The translations under genes and the position numbers were made by a program. From Candidatus Wolfebacteria bacterium RIFOXYD12_FULL_48_21 (GTDB lineage: Bacteria; Patescibacteriota; Minisyncoccia; UBA6257; UBA9933), in NCBI GenBank assembly GCA_001793945.1, contig MGIW01000006.1:1584-65583 (forward strand): DNA of 64,000 nt, given 5' to 3'. Shown here piece by piece: positions 1-8,038 of this stretch (the first letter of the stretch is position 1; every line of letters begins with the position of its first letter). A model generated the notes under the pieces. That model had not been told where the DNA came from. It made no database searches and saw only the letters and a list, made by a program, of their open reading frames with translations.

Positions 1-30
1 GATGTGAGGTAAGGAAAAGAGAGGTGCGGG
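1..30. repeat. GA-rich low-complexity repeat unit ending in GAGGTGCGGG; near-identical 30-bp copy at 211-240
   Basis: direct reading: gatgtgaggtaaggaaaagagaggtgcggg vs gatgtgagataaggaaaagagaggtgcggg. Confidence 0.8.
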
Positions 31-31
31 G

Positions 32-190
32 ATGACAAAAACGCGTTGTCATCCCGAGTGCAGTGAAGCGAAGCGGAGCGAAATCGACCGCGTGCCGCCA
101 TAGCTTTAGCGGTGGAGCAGGGATCTGCATATTACAGACTCCTTCCGCCAGCCGGCGGACAGGCTTAAGCTCGGAATGACAATACGGGGG
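32..190. repeat. Palindromic GTCATTCC...GGAATGAC modular element (module A gtcatcccgagtgcaNcgaagcgRagcggag; module B cagattccttccgccagccggcggacaggcttaNNctcggaatgacaat)
   Basis: inverted termini gtcatcc/ggaatgac, internal palindrome ccgccagccggcgg; same modules recur at >15 loci in window. Confidence 0.8.
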
Positions 191-240
191 ATGAGAGATA
201 TGAGATATGAGATGTGAGATAAGGAAAAGAGAGGTGCGGG
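191..240. repeat. GA-rich repeat (gatgagagatatgagatatgagatgtgagataaggaaaagagaggtgcggg)
   Basis: direct reading; second copy of 30-bp unit flanking the palindromic element. Confidence 0.8.
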
Positions 241-324
241 TGTTTGACTTTATTTGTAAAAGTTGGTATGGAATAGGCAGGACATAACAATGTAGTTTAT
301 GGTAATACCTACGCAGAGGAGGAA

Positions 325-2028
325 GTGAACATGAAGTTAAGCGATTATGTGATGTGGTTCATCAAGGAGCAGGTTGCGGATACGGTATTCCTGATGTCGG
401 GTGGTGGCATTATGCATTTGGTCGATTCCCTTGGGAAGTCCGACCTGAAGGCAGTTTGCTGTCACCACGAACAGGCTGCGGCGATTGCCGCGGAAGGGTA
501 TGCCCGCATGAAGAATGTTCCGGGTGTCGTGTTGGTAACGACCGGCCCCGGCGGCACGAACGCTTTGACCGGTATTGCCGGCGCATGGCTCGACAGCATC
601 CCTATGCTGGTCATTGCCGGGCAGGTAAAGCGGGCCGACATTACGCCGCGGGAAGATGGCGTGCCTGTGGTGCGGCAAACAGGGTTTCAGGAGTTGAATG
701 TCATCGACATGATGAAACCGATCACCAAATATGCAGTGACGGTTGATAGACCGCAAAGTATCCGGCGTGTCTTGCAAAAGGCGGTCTACCTTGCGACGCA
801 TGGCAGACCCGGGCCGGTGTTTGTGGAAATCCCGCTCGATGCACAGGCTACGGAATTAGATCTTGCCGATTTGGAGGAGTGTGGAAGCTGGTATCCTGCA
901 ATGGATCTTCTGCCGGAGCAATCGGATGCCGTTTTGTGTTTTGCGTATAAAGTTGGACAGCTGTTGCGGAGCGCAAAGCGCCCGCTGTTGATGGCCGGCA
1001 ATGGCATCAGACTTGCGGGTGGTGTGGATGCGCTGAATCGGTTTTTGGAAAAGACATGGGTCAATACGGTTACTCCGATGTTTACCGCGGACGACTTGGT
1101 TACCCGCGATTATCCGTATTATCTTGGACGGCAAGGCATGTCGGGTAACAGGGCGGCGAACTATGCCGTGGATAACTGCGATGTGCTGCTGGTCATCGGC
1201 GAGCGGTTGCAGTTGACCCAAACATCGTACGACCACAAAAACTTCGCCACGCAGGCGACGAAGATCATGGTGGACATTGACTTGGGGGAGTTGCAGAAAA
1301 ACACCCTTTCGATCGATATGCCCATCTGGTGCGATGCAAAAACATTTCTTGAGGCGCTGTGCGCGGAGGATATTGATGTGCTGGCCCCATGGAGTGTACC
1401 TATCGAACGGATCGACCCTGCCGCGCATGAGTGCGCCAAAGGCTACCTCAATGTGTATCGGTTTTTGGAGCGGCTCAATACCTATCCGGACCCGATGCCC
1501 ATTGTAACCGCGAATGGCATGGCGAGTGTTGCTTCGCATCAGGCGCTGACTCTCAAGAACGGACAACGGTTTCTTACCAATGCCGGGCTTGGCCACATGG
1601 GTTCCGGATTGCCGATGGCGATTGGGGCTTGCATTGCAAACGGCTATAAGCCGGTGATCTGCATGGAGGGCGACGGATCCATTATGCTGAACCTGCAGGA
1701 ACTGCAGACGATCGAGCATCACAAACTGCCGATCAAGATCTTCATCTTCAACAACAACGGGTATTATTCCATTCGCAATACGCACCAGAATTATTTCAAC
1801 AATGTGTTCGCGGCCGATTCTACTTCGGGGGTTAGTTTTCCGAGTTTCTACCGGATCGCCCCCGCGTTCGGGTTGCCTATCGTGCGCATTTGCAACGACG
1901 ACGAACTCGACGTGGGACTTGATCAGGTCATGCGACATGGCGGACCTATCGTGTGCGAGTTGGCGCTCGACCCGGCCCAGCCGATGCTGGAGCGGTGGTC
2001 GGCTGGCATGTTGCGCGAAGCGCTGTAG
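325..2028 (+). CDS. ThDP-dependent enzyme, acetolactate-synthase-large-subunit-like (candidate YerE-like two-carbon branch transferase acting on an NDP-4-keto-sugar)
   Basis: 567 aa; N-terminal Pyr domain, central domain, C-terminal ThDP-binding GDGS...NN motif (ICMEGDGSIMLNLQELQT...FIFNNNGY); adjacent to E1 dehydrase gene. Confidence 0.8.
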   Translation: MNMKLSDYVMWFIKEQVADTVFLMSGGGIMHLVDSLGKSDLKAVCCHHEQAAAIAAEGYARMKNVPGVVLVTTGPGGTNALTGIAGAWLDSIPMLVIAGQVKRADITPREDGVPVVRQTGFQELNVIDMMKPITKYAVTVDRPQSIRRVLQKAVYLATHGRPGPVFVEIPLDAQATELDLADLEECGSWYPAMDLLPEQSDAVLCFAYKVGQLLRSAKRPLLMAGNGIRLAGGVDALNRFLEKTWVNTVTPMFTADDLVTRDYPYYLGRQGMSGNRAANYAVDNCDVLLVIGERLQLTQTSYDHKNFATQATKIMVDIDLGELQKNTLSIDMPIWCDAKTFLEALCAEDIDVLAPWSVPIERIDPAAHECAKGYLNVYRFLERLNTYPDPMPIVTANGMASVASHQALTLKNGQRFLTNAGLGHMGSGLPMAIGACIANGYKPVICMEGDGSIMLNLQELQTIEHHKLPIKIFIFNNNGYYSIRNTHQNYFNNVFAADSTSGVSFPSFYRIAPAFGLPIVRICNDDELDVGLDQVMRHGGPIVCELALDPAQPMLERWSAGMLREAL

Positions 2029-2052
2029 ACTACGGCGCGTGAGTTTTACCAA

Positions 2053-2080
2053 GGAGGGGCTATGGCCCCTCTTTTTTTGT
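2053..2080 (+). terminator. rho-independent terminator (aggggctatggcccct + T7)
   Basis: GC hairpin followed by ttttttt directly after stop of 325..2028. Confidence 0.6.
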
Positions 2081-2102
2081 TAGAATGTTAATTACTATAC
2101 TG

Positions 2103-2448
2103 CAGATTCCTCGACAAGCTCGGAATGACAATGCGGGAAAGGGGAGGGAGATACAAATGACAGCTTTCATTTGTCATCCCGAGCGCAACGAAGCGAAGCG
2201 GAGTGAAGTCGAGAGATCTGTAGTAAAAAGCAGATTCCTTCCGCCAGCCGGCGGACAGGCTTAGACTCGGAATGACAATGCGGGGAGGGTGTCATCCCGT
2301 GCCACGACACGGGATCCAGTGTTTTCTGCAGTGGTAACACGGGGACACCCGAGTGCTGGATACCGGCCGGATCCGTCGGCTGACGGACTGATCCGCCAGC
2401 TGGCGGACGAATGGGCCGGAATGACAATACGGGGAATGACAGAGAAAC
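2103..2448. repeat. Cluster of 3-4 palindromic GTCATTCC/GGAATGAC elements
   Basis: cagattcctcgacaagctcggaatgacaat; gtcatcccgagcgcaacgaagcgaagcggag; ccgccagccggcggacaggcttagactcggaatgacaat; ccgccagctggcggacgaatgggccggaatgacaat. Confidence 0.8.
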
Positions 2449-2471
2449 GCGGGAGTGATAAGATTATTATT

Positions 2472-2945
2472 ATGCTTACTAAAAAAGAGATCGATCAGCT
2501 TGCCGTGCTTTTAAAAAAAATAGACAACCCGCGTGGCGGATTGCCGCAGCCTGTGTTTGATGCGCTCTGTGGCGTTGTGCCGTTCGTTGCGTGTGAGCTT
2601 GCCATTATGAACAAAAAAGGGGAGCTGTTGCTTGCATGGCGGGAGGACCAATGGTGGAAGGGCTGGCATTTCCCCGGAGGGCTGATGCGCCACCGGGAAA
2701 CATTTGATGAGCGCATCAAAGCGACGGCATTGCGGGAGGTTGGTATTGATGTGAAAAAACATTCGTTTCTTTTTCCTATCAATTATTCCGAAGGAAGACG
2801 CGGACCAACGGTGTCACTTGTATTTTTGTGCCATGCAGAAACATCCACGGAGGGCAAGTTTTTTAAGACCATGCCAAAGGATATCATTCCCGAGCATCGG
2901 GAAATGTGGAGGGGGATTCGCAAGGCGATTAGGGATGAGGTGTGA
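2472..2945 (+). CDS. NUDIX-family hydrolase (start moved to internal Met; the ORF-track N-terminus 2289-2471 reads through repeat DNA)
   Basis: Nudix-box-like GGLMRHRETFDERIKATALREVGI; the N-terminal 61 aa of ORF 2289.. are translations of palindromic repeats. Confidence 0.5.
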   Translation: MLTKKEIDQLAVLLKKIDNPRGGLPQPVFDALCGVVPFVACELAIMNKKGELLLAWREDQWWKGWHFPGGLMRHRETFDERIKATALREVGIDVKKHSFLFPINYSEGRRGPTVSLVFLCHAETSTEGKFFKTMPKDIIPEHREMWRGIRKAIRDEV

Positions 2946-3010
2946 GGTGAGAGGTGAGAGGGGGGAGGTGTGAGATGAGAGGTGTGAGATGAGAGATGTG
3001 AGGAGAGAAG
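2938..3010. repeat. GA-rich repeat (gtgagaggtgagagg...gagatgagagatgtgagg)
   Basis: direct reading. Confidence 0.7.
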
Positions 3011-3027
3011 GGGGAGCATGCACTTGA

Positions 3028-3412
3028 GTGTCATCCCCGTCCGCCAGCTGGCGGAGGGATCCAGGGTGCACATGCGAAATACTGGATTCCCGTTTTCACG
3101 GGAATGACAATGCGGGAGGGATAGGGGAAATAACCGATGACTGATAACCGATGACTGATGACGGGGTGCGAGGAGTGTGTCATCCCGAGTGCAACGAAGC
3201 GGAGCGGAGTGAAGTCGAGGGATCTGTAGTTATTGGTGGTGGCAGATTCCTCGACTGTGCGGGGTACCGCGGAGTTTACCCTGAGCTTGTCGAACGGGCT
3301 CGGAATGACAATGCAAAATGCTGGATCTCGGCTTTCCTGCCCGCAGTTGCTACAGCGTTGCAGACGGGTGCAGGAATGACAGAAAGAGGGACAGGAATGA
3401 CAATACAACTCG
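3028..3412. repeat. Cluster of palindromic GTCATTCC elements interleaved with (ATAACCGATGAC)n unit at 3128-3172
   Basis: gtgtcatccccgtccgccagctggcgga; attcccgttttcacgggaatgacaat; gtcatcccgagtgcaacgaagcggagcggag; ctgcccgcagttgctacagcgttgcagacgggtgcaggaatgac (45-bp module repeated at 33320-33375). Confidence 0.8.
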
Positions 3413-3527
3413 TGGGGTGTTGCAAAGGCATTGAACCATTATAAAAAGTTGACAAAGCGGGGCAAATAGGCGATGCTATGGGCAGAAAAGCTTTGTCAAT
3501 TTCATAGATGCATTTAACTGCCTACTA

Positions 3528-4880
3528 TTGAGGAGGAGGTGTGTGATGGCACAAGATCGTGAGAGAATCATCAGTTTTGTGAAAAAGTATCTGAAAGATC
3601 GCCCGCAGCCGGGCCCGTTCATTCCCGGGCAAACGCCCGTGCCAGTTTCCGGCAAGGTTGTAAGCGGACTCGACATGCAGTACATGATCGAAGCGGTGCT
3701 GGACGGACATTGGACGGAAGGCAGGTTTGCTGAAGAATTTGAAGAGAGGCTTGCCTCATTTATTCGTGTACGATATTGTTCCATCGTCAATTCAGGCTCA
3801 TCTGCCAACTTGTTGGCGTTGACCGCATTGACATCGTTTCGTATTCCGGAGGATCGTCGGCTGAAAAAAGGCGACGAGGTCATAACCGTCGCGGCCGGGT
3901 TTCCGACGACCATCAATCCGATCATCCAAAACGGATTGCGGCCGGTGTTCGTTGATATCGAACCGGGAACATACAACGCATCGATCGATTCCATTATGGA
4001 GGCGGTGTCGAGTCGCACAAGAGCGGTATTTCTCGCTCACACGCTTGGCAACCCGTTCGAAGCGCAAACGCTCAGAACGCTGTGCGACGAGCTTGGATTG
4101 TGGCTCGTTGAAGACAATTGCGATGCGCTTGGTACGAAGCACCGCAGTGTGCATACCGGCGCATTTGGGCACTTGTCGACCTGCAGTTTTTATCCTGCCC
4201 ATCATATTACCATGGGGGAAGGGGGCGCGGTGTTGACCGATGACCCGCTGTTGCACAAAATAGTTCGATCGCTGCGCGACTGGGGGCGTGATTGTTCTTG
4301 TGCGACCGGTGCGGACAATGCCTGCGGCAAGCGGTTTACGCAACAGCATGGCGATCTGCCCTACGGGTATGACCATAAATATGTGTACTCCGAACTCGGG
4401 TACAATATGAAGGTCACCGACATGCAGGCGGCGCTTGGGCTGGCACAGCTTGAGCGGTTGCCTACATTCATTCGGCGTCGGCGCGAGAACTTTTCATTTC
4501 TGCATATGTTCTTTCGGGAACTGTATGACTCGTTCATATTGCCGGAGTGGAGCATGCATTCGCAGCCGAGCTGGTTTGGCTATCCGCTGACCATTCGGGA
4601 TACTGCCGGTTTTACGCGGGGCGAACTGTTGAAGTTTCTCGAGCAGAAAAAGATCGGCACGCGCCTGCTGTTCGCGGGCAATGTGACCAATCAACCGTAT
4701 TTCAAGAACTACGATTTCAGGTGGCGTAGCGTAGGGAAAGCGGAGGGGAACCGCATTGTGTTGCCCAACACCGACATTGTCATGGATCGCATGTTCTGGA
4801 TCGGCGTATATCCGGGCCTGAACATTGAAATGATCAACTATGTAACCAAGTCTTTTAAGGAGTTCTTGGCGAGCAGGTAA
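3528..4880 (+). CDS. rfbH: CDP-6-deoxy-D-xylo-4-hexulose-3-dehydrase-like (E1, DdhC/RfbH family; PMP/PLP-dependent DegT fold with Fe-S motif)
   Basis: 450 aa DegT-family; conserved PLP-Lys position replaced by His (SFYPAHHITMGEGG); cysteine pattern NCD...(57)...DCSCATGADNACGK = C-X57-C-X-C-X7-C typical of E1 [2Fe-2S]. Confidence 0.7.
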   Translation: MRRRCVMAQDRERIISFVKKYLKDRPQPGPFIPGQTPVPVSGKVVSGLDMQYMIEAVLDGHWTEGRFAEEFEERLASFIRVRYCSIVNSGSSANLLALTALTSFRIPEDRRLKKGDEVITVAAGFPTTINPIIQNGLRPVFVDIEPGTYNASIDSIMEAVSSRTRAVFLAHTLGNPFEAQTLRTLCDELGLWLVEDNCDALGTKHRSVHTGAFGHLSTCSFYPAHHITMGEGGAVLTDDPLLHKIVRSLRDWGRDCSCATGADNACGKRFTQQHGDLPYGYDHKYVYSELGYNMKVTDMQAALGLAQLERLPTFIRRRRENFSFLHMFFRELYDSFILPEWSMHSQPSWFGYPLTIRDTAGFTRGELLKFLEQKKIGTRLLFAGNVTNQPYFKNYDFRWRSVGKAEGNRIVLPNTDIVMDRMFWIGVYPGLNIEMINYVTKSFKEFLASR

Positions 4881-4902
4881 ATGCACGGTATATCGTTTGT
4901 GA

Positions 4903-4928
4903 AGCCCCGGGAAACTGGGGCTTTTTTG
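4903..4928 (+). terminator. rho-independent terminator (gccccgggaaactggggc + T6)
   Basis: hairpin plus T-run immediately after stop at 4880. Confidence 0.65.
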
Positions 4929-4994
4929 TTGCACGCACATACATTTCTTGTTTTTGCCCTTTTCGTGGCGTACAATTGAGGGGAAATAAACATT

Positions 4995-5080
4995 GAGATA
5001 AGAGATGAGAGAAGTGAAGTGTGAGGGATTTATTCCGCATTCTTCATATCTCCTACCTCCTATCTCTAACCTCTAACTCT
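4995..5080. repeat. Inverted pair: GA-rich repeat (gagataagagatgagagaagtgaagtgtgaggg) followed by its TC-rich complement (tcttcatatctcctacctcctatctctaacctctaactct)
   Basis: direct reading; can form long imperfect hairpin. Confidence 0.7.
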
Positions 5081-5081
5081 T

Positions 5082-7250
5082 ATGGCATTTTTTATCAAAC
5101 TTAGTTTATGGGCGTTGGCATTTGTGCCGCTTATTATTACAGAGTCTGTGTTCTTTCCGTTCATCTTCGGAAAGGTTGTTATGATTCGGGTGTTTGTTGC
5201 GCTTGTATCTATGTTGTTCGCGGTGCATGTCATCGCCGATGCAGAGTTTCGAAGGGGCGTTTATGGCAGACTAAAACTCGTCGCGAAAAATCCGCTCTTT
5301 GTAACAACGACCGCGTTCGTCGCACTATCCATCGCGAGTACCATCTTTGCAGCCAATCCGTTCCGGGCATTTTTTGGCGATGTTGAACGCGGGGAGGGGT
5401 TGACCGGCCTGCTCTATTTCTACGGGTTCTTTGTGTATTCCCTGCTGGTGTTTGAGAAAAAGGATTGGATTTGGTTCTTTCGGCTCAACCTGTTTACCGG
5501 CGTCATTTTGTTTACAAAGGCACTGGTTGAAATAAGCGAAGGTGCCGTGCGGCCGGGGTCGTTTACCGGAAACCCAGCGTTTCTTGGTGGGTATTTCTTG
5601 TTCGTCATTTTTGCCGCGTTGGTTTCTTTCTATTACAGCAAAAAAGAACCTGTATGGAAGTTCTTTTCTGCGGCCATGCTTCCGCTTGGAACCATTGGGC
5701 TTTTCTTGACTCAAACGCGCAGTGCTATGGCCGGACTTGTGGTGGGTGTGTTGGCGCTTATTATCTACGGAGCCTTTCACGGGAAAGCCATTATGCTATG
5801 GAAAGGTTTTTCATTGCGCACTGTGGCGTTTGCCACACTGACTGCGATGATCGTAGTAGGAAGTCTTTTCGGCACCACCAAAGAAAGTCCGCTTTGGCAA
5901 CGCGTTCCCGGATTCAATCGAATCGCAAACTTTACATTTATGGACGCCACCGTGCAAACGCGCTTGATCTCTTTGGGCGTCAGTAAAAATGCCATTGACC
6001 CTGCCAAGAATGGCATGCAGAAGTTTTTGATCGGTTGGGGGCCGGAAAACTTCAGCATTGCGTACAATAAATACTACAACCCTGAATATTACCGATATGA
6101 ACATACATGGTTCGATCGCGCGCATAACAAATTGATGGATGTCGCCGTTATGAACGGCGCGCTTGGGCTGCTTGCCTATATGGGCATGTGGATTTCCGTC
6201 GCGTGGCTCGTGTTCCGCAGAAAGGGCTTTTCGTTCGATATGATGGCGGCGTTGTTCTTTGGCGGCGCATTCTTCTTTAACCTGTTGTTCGTATTTGATC
6301 AGGTATCCACAATCATCCCTTTGTTCGCATTCTTTGCATTTCTTTCTCATGTTTCCACAGTGGAAGATGTGGCGCCTGCGACCGGAAAGGAGAAAAAAGC
6401 GTACGCCATTGCCGGCATGCGGGAATACGCAACTTATGGCTCGTTTGGCGCGGCGGGCTTGTTCTTCACATGGGCGCTTATCTTTTGGACGATCGTCCCG
6501 TATTCACAAATGAGCACCTATCTTACGGCTATTGGAACCAAAAATGTGGCGGGGATCCTGCAAAATCCGGAAGCCATATTTGAACCATATACATTCGCAC
6601 AGCAGGATATCCGCGGACACTTCTTGAACGGATTGACCCAATATTACGGCAAGGCGCCACAGTTAAATCCGTTAATTGATGATTCCATCCGACGCATGGA
6701 AGAGCTGATTGCAAAGGAACCAACCAATCCGCGCTATTTTTTGATGATTGCCGGTGCCTATGATCGCAGAGCCCGCGCGGGTGATGGGTTGGACTATTTC
6801 AAAAAAGCGGAGGTGTATTACCACAAGGCCGGCGAACTTGCGCCGATGCGCCAAGATGTCATGTATGCGATCGCATTTAACCTTTCGTTCCAAGGGCGGA
6901 CCGATGAAGCGATAGCGGTATTGCGCACTGTGCTGACGGTCGACGATGTGTCTCCGGAAACCCATTACTTCCTCGGCGCCATACTTAGTGAAAAGGGAGG
7001 GGATTATCGGGAAGCGCTCAAGGAAATGGAGATCGCTATGAGCAGTCCTACCTATATCAATTTCAGAGATGAGCAGACGGTGAATATTTATCAACTTTTT
7101 CTGAAGCGTACATACGCCGCGCGGGATAAGGATAACTTTCTCATCGTTGCAAAACGGCTTGAAATCGTCGACCCTGAGCAGGCTGAAATGGCGCGGCAGA
7201 TGGAAGATATGGTAAGAAAAGGGCAGTGGCCCGCGATCAACTTCAACTAA
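5082..7250 (+). CDS. O-antigen ligase (Wzy_C) family membrane protein with C-terminal TPR domain
   Basis: 722 aa, ~10 TM helices, Wzy_C-like motif FLTQTRSAMAGLVVG; C-terminal ~250 aa soluble TPR-like repeats. Confidence 0.7.
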   Translation: MAFFIKLSLWALAFVPLIITESVFFPFIFGKVVMIRVFVALVSMLFAVHVIADAEFRRGVYGRLKLVAKNPLFVTTTAFVALSIASTIFAANPFRAFFGDVERGEGLTGLLYFYGFFVYSLLVFEKKDWIWFFRLNLFTGVILFTKALVEISEGAVRPGSFTGNPAFLGGYFLFVIFAALVSFYYSKKEPVWKFFSAAMLPLGTIGLFLTQTRSAMAGLVVGVLALIIYGAFHGKAIMLWKGFSLRTVAFATLTAMIVVGSLFGTTKESPLWQRVPGFNRIANFTFMDATVQTRLISLGVSKNAIDPAKNGMQKFLIGWGPENFSIAYNKYYNPEYYRYEHTWFDRAHNKLMDVAVMNGALGLLAYMGMWISVAWLVFRRKGFSFDMMAALFFGGAFFFNLLFVFDQVSTIIPLFAFFAFLSHVSTVEDVAPATGKEKKAYAIAGMREYATYGSFGAAGLFFTWALIFWTIVPYSQMSTYLTAIGTKNVAGILQNPEAIFEPYTFAQQDIRGHFLNGLTQYYGKAPQLNPLIDDSIRRMEELIAKEPTNPRYFLMIAGAYDRRARAGDGLDYFKKAEVYYHKAGELAPMRQDVMYAIAFNLSFQGRTDEAIAVLRTVLTVDDVSPETHYFLGAILSEKGGDYREALKEMEIAMSSPTYINFRDEQTVNIYQLFLKRTYAARDKDNFLIVAKRLEIVDPEQAEMARQMEDMVRKGQWPAINFN

Positions 7251-7261
7251 TGATCATACAT

Positions 7262-7290
7262 AAAAATAACGCTTAAGGCGTTATTTTTAT
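7262..7290 (+). terminator. rho-independent terminator (aaaataacgcttaaggcgttatttt)
   Basis: perfect hairpin with flanking A/T runs after stop 7250. Confidence 0.65.
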
Positions 7291-7296
7291 GTGTGG

Positions 7297-7326
7297 TTGA
7301 CACCTTTTGACACCTTTTGATACAAT
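7297..7326 (+). promoter_or_regulatory. sigma70-like promoter: TTGACA (duplicated) - 18 nt - TACAAT
   Basis: ttgacaccttttgacaccttttgatacaat upstream of 7364 gene. Confidence 0.4.
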
Positions 7327-7330
7327 GTAT

Positions 7331-7363
7331 GGGTAATTTGAAGTTTTTAATTTAGAATTTAAA
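7331..7363. repeat. AT-rich boundary element GTAATTTGAAGTTTTTAATTTAGAATTTAAA (family GTAATTTGAAATTTAGAATT)
   Basis: 5 related copies: 7331, 7717, 15803, 58013, 60686. Confidence 0.75.
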
Positions 7364-7720
7364 ATGAATGAGAATGCATATAATCTTGAGCAGCGAACGC
7401 GAGAGTTTTCTGTTCAGGTAATACGATTTCTTAAAACATTACAACAGGATACTATAAGCAGGCCGATTATTGGTCAACTAATACGGTCTGCTACCAGTGT
7501 CGGTGCAAATTATTGTGAGGCAAATGGGGCAAGCTCAAAAAAAGATTTTTGCAATAAAATATTTATTTGCAAAAAAGAGGCCAAAGAAACACATTATTGG
7601 CTTGATCTTATCGAAGAATGTTGCGGATATAAGAAGGAGCTTAATCATTTAAGAAATGAATGTGTCGAGCTGATTAGAATATTTTCTAAAATAGCCGCAA
7701 GTAGCAAAGAGGAGAGGTAA
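7364..7720 (+). CDS. four-helix-bundle protein (23S rRNA intervening-sequence protein family, TIGR02436-like)
   Basis: 118 aa; signature SATSVGANYCEANGASSKKDF...KEAKETHYWL; two paralogs at 22429 and 63131. Confidence 0.8.
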   Translation: MNENAYNLEQRTREFSVQVIRFLKTLQQDTISRPIIGQLIRSATSVGANYCEANGASSKKDFCNKIFICKKEAKETHYWLDLIEECCGYKKELNHLRNECVELIRIFSKIAASSKEER

Positions 7721-7775
7721 TTTGAAATTTAGAATTTTTAATTTATATTTTCAAATTTCGAATTTCAAATTGTAA
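7717..7775. repeat. AT-rich boundary element (ggTAAtttgaaatttagaatttttaatttatattttcaaatttcgaatttcaaattg); supplies stop codon of 7364..7720
   Basis: direct repeat of element at 7331. Confidence 0.75.
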
Positions 7776-7787
7776 ATTATCCAATGT

Positions 7788-8033
7788 ATGTCTGAAATTC
7801 TACCTAACGAAGTGTATACGACCGGGGAGGCTGAGGCTCTCTTAAAAGTGAGCAACAGCACCATGAAGCGTCTTTTGAAAAAGGGGCTCCTTCGGGCAAA
7901 CAAAGTGGGTGGGCAATACAGGATATTGGGGCATGAATTGTTGCGATTGCTTTCGCCTGAGGTAGATCAAAAGGCGACCGATCTGTATCAAAAGGTAAAG
8001 ACCATAACAAGGGAGGCGACCAAACACTGGTAA
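7788..8033 (+). CDS. helix-turn-helix DNA-binding protein (excisionase/MerR-like HTH_17 family)
   Basis: 81 aa, TGEAEALLKVSNSTMKRLLKKGLLRANKVGGQYRI matches excisionase-family HTH. Confidence 0.55.
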   Translation: MSEILPNEVYTTGEAEALLKVSNSTMKRLLKKGLLRANKVGGQYRILGHELLRLLSPEVDQKATDLYQKVKTITREATKHW

Positions 8034-8038
8034 TACAT

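Noticed and set aside
2289-2471. N-terminal 61 aa of ORF 2289..2945; likewise 45938-46141, 49980-50135, 15801-15851 and the last 45 codons of 18659..20278
   Set aside because: These extensions are read-through translations of repeat elements upstream of the real start codons. The conserved domains begin at the internal Met residues.
7788-8033. Excisionase-like HTH protein as evidence of an integrated prophage or integrative element
   Set aside because: There is no integrase, no phage structural or replication genes, and no att-like repeats beyond the general repeat families. A lone HTH is better explained as a regulator.
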